A program made the position numbers and the translations under genes. Below, one piece after another: positions 59,447 through 64,000 of a stretch of 64,000 nt of DNA. Positions within the stretch are counted from its first letter, which is position 1. Every line of letters begins with the position of its first letter. The DNA is taken from contig CAWGNS010000007.1 in NCBI GenBank assembly GCA_963824095.1, forward strand, positions 577,756 to 641,755. Reading direction: 5' to 3'. Under the pieces are notes generated by a model, which was not told where the DNA came from, did not search any database, and was given only the letters and a program-made list of their open reading frames with translations. The stretch comes from Terriglobia bacterium. GTDB taxonomy: Bacteria; Acidobacteriota; Terriglobia; Bryobacterales; UBA6623.

Positions 59447-60453
59447 TGCACGATCATTTGGACCAGCACCATCCTAGCGATCAAAACCATGGGCACGATC
59501 ACGAGCATGGGCACGACCACGACCATCATCACGAGCACCACCATGACCATCACGACCCACGCCCGCCGACCGACTGGCGCGCGCTCGCCATCCGTTATCG
59601 CTACGCGCTCGCCGGACTGGCGTTGTTCCTGCTGCTCTACGCGACGTTGTTCACGGTGCGCGAAACCGAATTTGTGCTGGTGACGCAGTTCGGCCGGCCC
59701 GTGCGTACGGTCACCGACGCCGGCCTGCACGTCAAATGGCCCTTCCAGTGGGCGACTTATTTCGACCGCCGCATCCGCGTCTACAATCCGCTGCCCTCGG
59801 AATTTCTGACGCGCGACAAGAAGAATCTGGTCATCGACAGCTACGTGTTATGGCAGATCGCCGACCCGGCGACGTTCCTGCAGACCGTCGGCTCGCCCGA
59901 ATCGGCCGAGATGCGGCTGCACGACGTCACCTGGGCGGGGCTGGCCGCCGCGCTCGGCAACCAGGACCTCGAAGCGCTGGTGGCACCGGCTTCCGAGCAG
60001 GTGCAGGCGCGCACCATGCTCGATGAGCTGACCGAGCGCACCGGCGCCGCCGCGCTCGAGCAATACGGCATCCGCATCGTCGACGTGCGCATCAAGCGGC
60101 TCAATCTGCCCGAGCAGAACAAGCAAAGCGTCTTCGCCCGCATGCGCGCCGAGCGCGAGCGCATCGCGCGGCAGTATCGCGCCGAGGGCGAAGAGCAGGC
60201 GCTGCGCATTCGCGCCGACGCCGACCGCCAGCGCGAGGAGATCCTGGCTGAGGCTTATAAGCAGGCCGAGACGACGCGCGGCGAGGGCGACGCCGAGGCG
60301 GCGCGGGTTTACGGCGCGGCGTATTCGCGCAACCAGCAGCTATATAAGCTGGTGCGCACGCTTGAGACCTATAAGAAGGCTCTCGATGACCAGACAACGG
60401 TCATCCTGAGCTCGGATTCGGAGTTGTTGCGGTTGTTGACCCATGGACAGTAG
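59446..60453 (+). CDS. hflC: SPFH/band-7 protein, HflC-like, with a His-rich N-terminal tail
   Basis: 18 His in the first 38 residues (MMHDHLDQHHPSDQNHGHDHEHGHDHDHHHEHHHDHHD), then a TM, an SPFH core and an HflC-type RAEGEEQA...GEGDAEAARVY region. The start overlaps the upstream stop (GTGATG). Confidence 0.8.
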   Translation: MHDHLDQHHPSDQNHGHDHEHGHDHDHHHEHHHDHHDPRPPTDWRALAIRYRYALAGLALFLLLYATLFTVRETEFVLVTQFGRPVRTVTDAGLHVKWPFQWATYFDRRIRVYNPLPSEFLTRDKKNLVIDSYVLWQIADPATFLQTVGSPESAEMRLHDVTWAGLAAALGNQDLEALVAPASEQVQARTMLDELTERTGAAALEQYGIRIVDVRIKRLNLPEQNKQSVFARMRAERERIARQYRAEGEEQALRIRADADRQREEILAEAYKQAETTRGEGDAEAARVYGAAYSRNQQLYKLVRTLETYKKALDDQTTVILSSDSELLRLLTHGQ

Positions 60454-60492
60454 TTCCCGTCCGCGGGATTTCGTTTTTGTGCGTTGCTGTTT

Positions 60493-60513
60493 GGGCAGGC
60501 CGGAGCCCTGCCC
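60493..60513. repeat. CAGGC-type hairpin
   Basis: GGGCAGG ccggagc CCTGCCC with TG...CACT flanks. It lies between the second and third SPFH genes. Confidence 0.6.
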
Positions 60514-60528
60514 CACTTGGCCTTACTC

Positions 60529-61578
60529 ATGAGCCTGAGCGTCGAGCCGATTGTCCAAGAGCCGGTAGCGCCTATCGCGCCGCCCGAGCCTCGGCCTCCC
60601 GCGCCTGGGTGGCGGCAATTCGTCAGGCGCCGTAACGTGAGCGCTGCGCTGCTCCTGCTGTGGCTGTTGAGCGGCTTCTACATCGTCTCGGCGGACGAGC
60701 AGGCCGTGGTGACGCGCTTCGGAAAAGTCGTCGAACCGCGCGTGCTGCCCGGCGCGCATTTCACCTGGCCCTGGCCTGTCGCTTCCGTTCACAAACTGAA
60801 AGTCCGCCAGATGCAGCGCAGCATCATCGGCGGCGAGCCGGCCGACGCCATTCTCGGCCGCGTCGAGCCGCTGCGCTCGCAATTTCTCACCGGCGACCAG
60901 AACATCATCAACGTGCGCACCATTGCGCAATACAGCATCGCCACGCCCGCCGACTATCTGTTTCGCTTCGACAACGTAAGCGCCGCGGTTTCTTCCGCGG
61001 TCGAAGCCGAGTTGGGCCGCCAGATCGCCGCGCGCACCGTCGATGAAGTGCTCACCACCGAGAAGGTGGCGATCCAGGAAACGGTGCGACAGCGCGCGCA
61101 AGCGCTGATCGATACCTACGGATTGGGCGTCATCCTCTCGACAGTCAACATCGAGCAGGTCGCCGCGCCGCCCGAAGCCGCCGACGCCTTCCGCGATGTG
61201 GCCAGCGCCCGCGCCGACGCCGCCCGCATCGTCAACGAGGCCGAAGGCTACGCCAACGACATCCTGCCGCGCGCCCGCGGCGAGGCGCAGCAACTGCTCT
61301 CGGAGGCGGAAGGCTACAAGCAGCGAAAGACCGATGAAGCCCTGGGCGACGCCTCGCGTTTCACGCAACTCCTGCAGGAATACGCCAAAAACCCCGAGGT
61401 CACCCGCAGCCGCCTCTATCTCGAAACGATGGAGCAGGTACTGCCGCGCCTGAAAAAAACCATCGTCGACGACCAAGGCAATCTGGATCTGACGATCATC
61501 CGCCGCAACACCGTGCCGCCAAAGCCGGGAGTGCCCGCCGCCGCGCCCAGCACCGCGCCAAACCAGCCAAGACAATAG
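60529..61578 (+). CDS. hflK: Second HflK-like SPFH protein
   Basis: A TM (AALLLLWLLSGFYIV), an SPFH core, and AEGYANDILPRARGEAQQLLSEAEGYK...GDASRF. ATG 60529 is preferred over 60484, which reads through the hairpin. Confidence 0.8.
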   Translation: MSLSVEPIVQEPVAPIAPPEPRPPAPGWRQFVRRRNVSAALLLLWLLSGFYIVSADEQAVVTRFGKVVEPRVLPGAHFTWPWPVASVHKLKVRQMQRSIIGGEPADAILGRVEPLRSQFLTGDQNIINVRTIAQYSIATPADYLFRFDNVSAAVSSAVEAELGRQIAARTVDEVLTTEKVAIQETVRQRAQALIDTYGLGVILSTVNIEQVAAPPEAADAFRDVASARADAARIVNEAEGYANDILPRARGEAQQLLSEAEGYKQRKTDEALGDASRFTQLLQEYAKNPEVTRSRLYLETMEQVLPRLKKTIVDDQGNLDLTIIRRNTVPPKPGVPAAAPSTAPNQPRQ

Positions 61579-61610
61579 CGCCGCGACAAGACCAGCAGCG
61601 CCGCCAAAAG

Positions 61611-61817
61611 TAGAGACAGGCGCTCCCGCCTGTCCGCCGCCAAAGGCGGCGCCTCTTCTCTTCCCTCGTTCTCCTACCTCGTTCTCTTCCTTCGCCTCAC
61701 GTTATCCGATCCCCTGATCGAGCGTCTCAGCCACCCCACCGTGTTCCCCCCTCTTCCCCAACGAGCGCCGCGCCACGGCTCCGCCGCGGCGGACAGGCGG
61801 GAGCGCCTGTCTCTACC
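61611..61817. repeat. Perfect 29-bp inverted repeat pair enclosing a polypyrimidine core
   Basis: GTAGAGACAGGCGCTCCCGCCTGTCCGCC (61611-61639) equals the reverse complement of 61789-61817. Each arm contains the hairpin GACAGGCG nnnn CGCCTGTC. The core at ~61650-61700 is almost pure C/T. Confidence 0.7.
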
Positions 61818-61907
61818 TGGCCGGCTAGCGCCGCCGCGCCACCGCCCGGCGTTCCCAGCCGCCGGCGAAGCTGCACTTCCCCGCTATAGCCCACCTGAAT
61901 ATATCCG

Positions 61908-61935
61908 TTGACAATATATCTACTATGGCTATAAT
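61908..61935 (+). promoter_or_regulatory. Consensus sigma70-type promoter upstream of, and overlapping, padR
   Basis: TTGACA (61908-61913), a 16-nt spacer, then TATAAT (61930-61935), within a local AT-rich island. Confidence 0.55.
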
Positions 61936-61942
61936 GAAGGCC

Positions 61943-62302
61943 ATGCTCGCCGACCCCAAGCCCGATTCCCTGCTCCCCTTGCCCGCTGCCACCTTCCACA
62001 TCCTCATGGCTCTCGCCGATGAGGACCGCCACGGCTACGCCATCATTCAGGATGTCGCCGCGCGCACCGGCGGCGAGCTGAAACTGAGCGCCGGCACGCT
62101 CTATCGCTCCATCCAGCGCATGCTCGAACAAGGCGTGATCGTCGAAACGCGCGAGCGACCCGCCCCCGAGCTCGACGACGAACGCCGCCGCTACTACCGC
62201 ATCACCAAATTCGGCATCGCCGTCGCCCGCGCCGAGACGCGACGCATCGCACAACTGGTCAAGCTCGCGCGAGCCAGCGGCTTCGCCACGGGGAGGGCCT
62301 GA
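61943..62302 (+). CDS. PadR-family transcriptional regulator
   Basis: FHILMALADEDRHGYAIIQDV winged-helix signature. ATG 61943 is chosen because the track start 61925 lies inside the promoter. The stop overlaps the next start (ATGA). Confidence 0.8.
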   Translation: MLADPKPDSLLPLPAATFHILMALADEDRHGYAIIQDVAARTGGELKLSAGTLYRSIQRMLEQGVIVETRERPAPELDDERRRYYRITKFGIAVARAETRRIAQLVKLARASGFATGRA

Positions 62303-64000
62303 TGCCCAACGCAAAACGTTCGACGCGGCTCTACGCGGCGCTGCTCGGCCTCTACCCGGCGGGCTTTCGCGCCGAATACGGCGACGACCTGCGGCACATG
62401 TTCGCCGAGCGGCGCGACGCGGCGTCGGGCCCCGTCTCCATCGCGCTGCTGTGGATCGAAGCGATCGCCGACATCGTCGCCAACGCCATCCCGGCGCACC
62501 TCGATCTGCTCCGCCAGGACCTCCGTTACACCGCGCGCACGCTCGGTCGCGCGCCCGGCTTCGCGCTCACCGTGATTCTCGTTGCCGGGCTCGGCGTCGG
62601 CGCCACCACGGCCGTGTTCACGATCACCGATCACGTGTTGCTGCGCCCGCTGCCGTTCGCCGACTCCGAACGCCTTGTGAAGCTGTGGGAAAGTCCGCCC
62701 GGCTACACGCAGATGGAACTGTCGCCGCCCAACTATCGCGACTGGAAAGAAATGAGCACGTCGTTCGAAGCGATGGGCGCCTATCGCGGGTTGTCGGTGA
62801 ATCTGGTCGGCGAAGGCCAGCCCGAACGGCTCGACGGCGCCGCGGTGACGGCCGATCTGCTGCCCATGCTGGGCGTGCGGCCCGTGCTGGGCCGGCTGTT
62901 CACCGCCGACGACGATCGCGAGGGCGTTCAAAGCACGCTGCTGCTGAGCTACAGCTTGTGGCAGGGGCTTTTCGGCGGGGACCGCGGCGTGTTGGGCAAA
63001 AAGGTGCTGCTCGACAACGCGCCCTACATCATCATCGGCGTGCTGCCCCGCGAGTTTCATTTTCCGAGCCGCGACGTGGAAATCTGGGCGCCGATGCAGT
63101 TTACGCCGCAGGACTTCGATGGCCTCGAAGCCCGCAACAACAACTTTCTGGATGTCGTCGCCAAATTGCGGCCCGGCGTTTCGCTGCGGCAGGCTCAGGA
63201 AGAGATGCACGTCGTGGCGAAGCAACTGGAGCGCCAATACCCCAAGGAGAACGAGCGCGTCGGCGCCACGGTAAATCTGCTGCACGACGAAGTGTCCAGC
63301 CAGTCGCGGCTGCTGCTGGCAGTCCTGTTCGCCGCGGCCGCCTGCGTGCTGCTGATCGCCTGCACCAATCTCGCCAACCTGCTGCTGGTGCGCGCGCTGG
63401 CTCGCCAGAAAGAACTCGCCGTGCGCGCCTCGCTGGGGGCCGGCCGCGAGCGTCTGGTGCGTCAGTTACTCACCGAGAGCCTCTCGCTGGCGGCGCTCGG
63501 CGGAATCTGCGGTGTGCTGGCCGCAAAGGGCGCCCTGCCGCTGCTGATGAGGCTGGTGCCGCAATCGCTGCCGATCCCCGAGCCTTCCATGGACCTGCGC
63601 GTGCTCTTGTTCGCGATCCTGCTGACCGTACTTACCGGGCTCGGCTTCGGAATCGTGCCCGCGCTGCGCGCCTGTGGCGGCTCGGGCGCCGCCGGGCTGC
63701 GCGAAGGCTCCCGCTCCGGTGTCGGCGGCCGCAAAGAGCGCCTGCGCGCCGCGCTGGTGATTCTCGAGGTCACTGCATCGGTGGTGCTGCTGATCGCTGG
63801 CGGCCTGTTGATTCGCGCGCTCTGGACGATCCAGGCTGTCGACCCCGGCTTCCGCACCGAAGGCGTGCTCACGCTGCGCACGTCGCTGCCGATGCCCAAA
63901 TATGAACAGACCGCGCGCCGCGAGCAGTTCTACACGCGTGTGCTCTCGGATGTGCGCGCCCTGCCGGGCGTCGAGAGTGCGTCGTACATCAGCTTTCTGC
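62302..64000 (+). CDS. ADOP-type (FtsX/MacB-like) ABC permease; 3' end beyond the window
   Basis: Not in the ORF track (no stop before the window end). My translation reads MPNAKRSTRLYAALLGLYPAGFRAEYGDDLRHMF...LRQDLRYTARTLGRAPGFALTVILVAGLGVGATTAVFTITDHVLLRPLPF..., the typical PadR-associated acidobacterial duplicated orphan permease N-terminus, with TM and FtsX-like regions following. Confidence 0.8.
   Translation, partial: MPNAKRSTRLYAALLGLYPAGFRAEYGDDLRHMFAERRDAASGPVSIALLWIEAIADIVANAIPAHLDLLRQDLRYTARTLGRAPGFALTVILVAGLGVGATTAVFTITDHVLLRPLPFADSERLVKLWESPPGYTQMELSPPNYRDWKEMSTSFEAMGAYRGLSVNLVGEGQPERLDGAAVTADLLPMLGVRPVLGRLFTADDDREGVQSTLLLSYSLWQGLFGGDRGVLGKKVLLDNAPYIIIGVLPREFHFPSRDVEIWAPMQFTPQDFDGLEARNNNFLDVVAKLRPGVSLRQAQEEMHVVAKQLERQYPKENERVGATVNLLHDEVSSQSRLLLAVLFAAAACVLLIACTNLANLLLVRALARQKELAVRASLGAGRERLVRQLLTESLSLAALGGICGVLAAKGALPLLMRLVPQSLPIPEPSMDLRVLLFAILLTVLTGLGFGIVPALRACGGSGAAGLREGSRSGVGGRKERLRAALVILEVTASVVLLIAGGLLIRALWTIQAVDPGFRTEGVLTLRTSLPMPKYEQTARREQFYTRVLSDVRALPGVESASYISFL

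Overview
High-GC bacterial chromosomal segment. It looks Acidobacteriota-like, an inference from a PadR + ADOP-type permease pair and overall gene content. No rRNA, tRNA or CRISPR array was recognised.

Layout:
(1) 1-4618: two adjacent giant multihaem c-type cytochromes on the minus strand, with >=27 and 23 CxxCH sites. The first runs off the left edge and is therefore missing from the ORF track.
(2) 4.7-5.7 kb: mobile-element debris, namely an IS630-like transposase tail and an internally deleted group II intron with a recognisable domain V.
(3) 5.8-37.3 kb: mixed genes. These are DUF2277, SCO1, a GT2 + methyltransferase + GT-C-like glycosylation module, a cold-shock protein, a MaoC dehydratase, a sugar isomerase, an 866-aa glycosyltransferase, a SPOR protein, a small Rho_N-like protein, a serine-hydrolase/Asp-box fusion, a secreted HMA-like protein, an oversized PAD/agmatine-deiminase-like protein, DUF1223, the membrane pyrophosphatase HppA, an M14-like/GH88 fusion, an LCM methyltransferase, a half-size tail-tube-like ORF, DUF2062, a Tat-signal enolase-superfamily enzyme, an output-less Cache-like sensor and a DUF885 lipoprotein.
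(4) 37.8-55.8 kb: a complete minus-strand dcw cluster, mraZ-rsmH-ftsL-ftsI-murE-murF-mraY-murD-ftsW-murG-murC-ftsQ-ftsA-ftsZ. It has a TTGACA promoter, three 10-bp MraZ-type boxes, an apparent frameshift in murE, and long repeat-filled spacers.
(5) 56.4-61.6 kb: a decayed P1B metal ATPase followed by three SPFH genes (HflK-like, His-rich HflC-like, HflK-like).
(6) 61.9-64.0 kb: a PadR regulator with a consensus promoter, and an ADOP permease running off the right edge.

Several families of short palindromic or inverted repeats populate the intergenic DNA. Many long ORFs in the track are antisense shadows of real genes.
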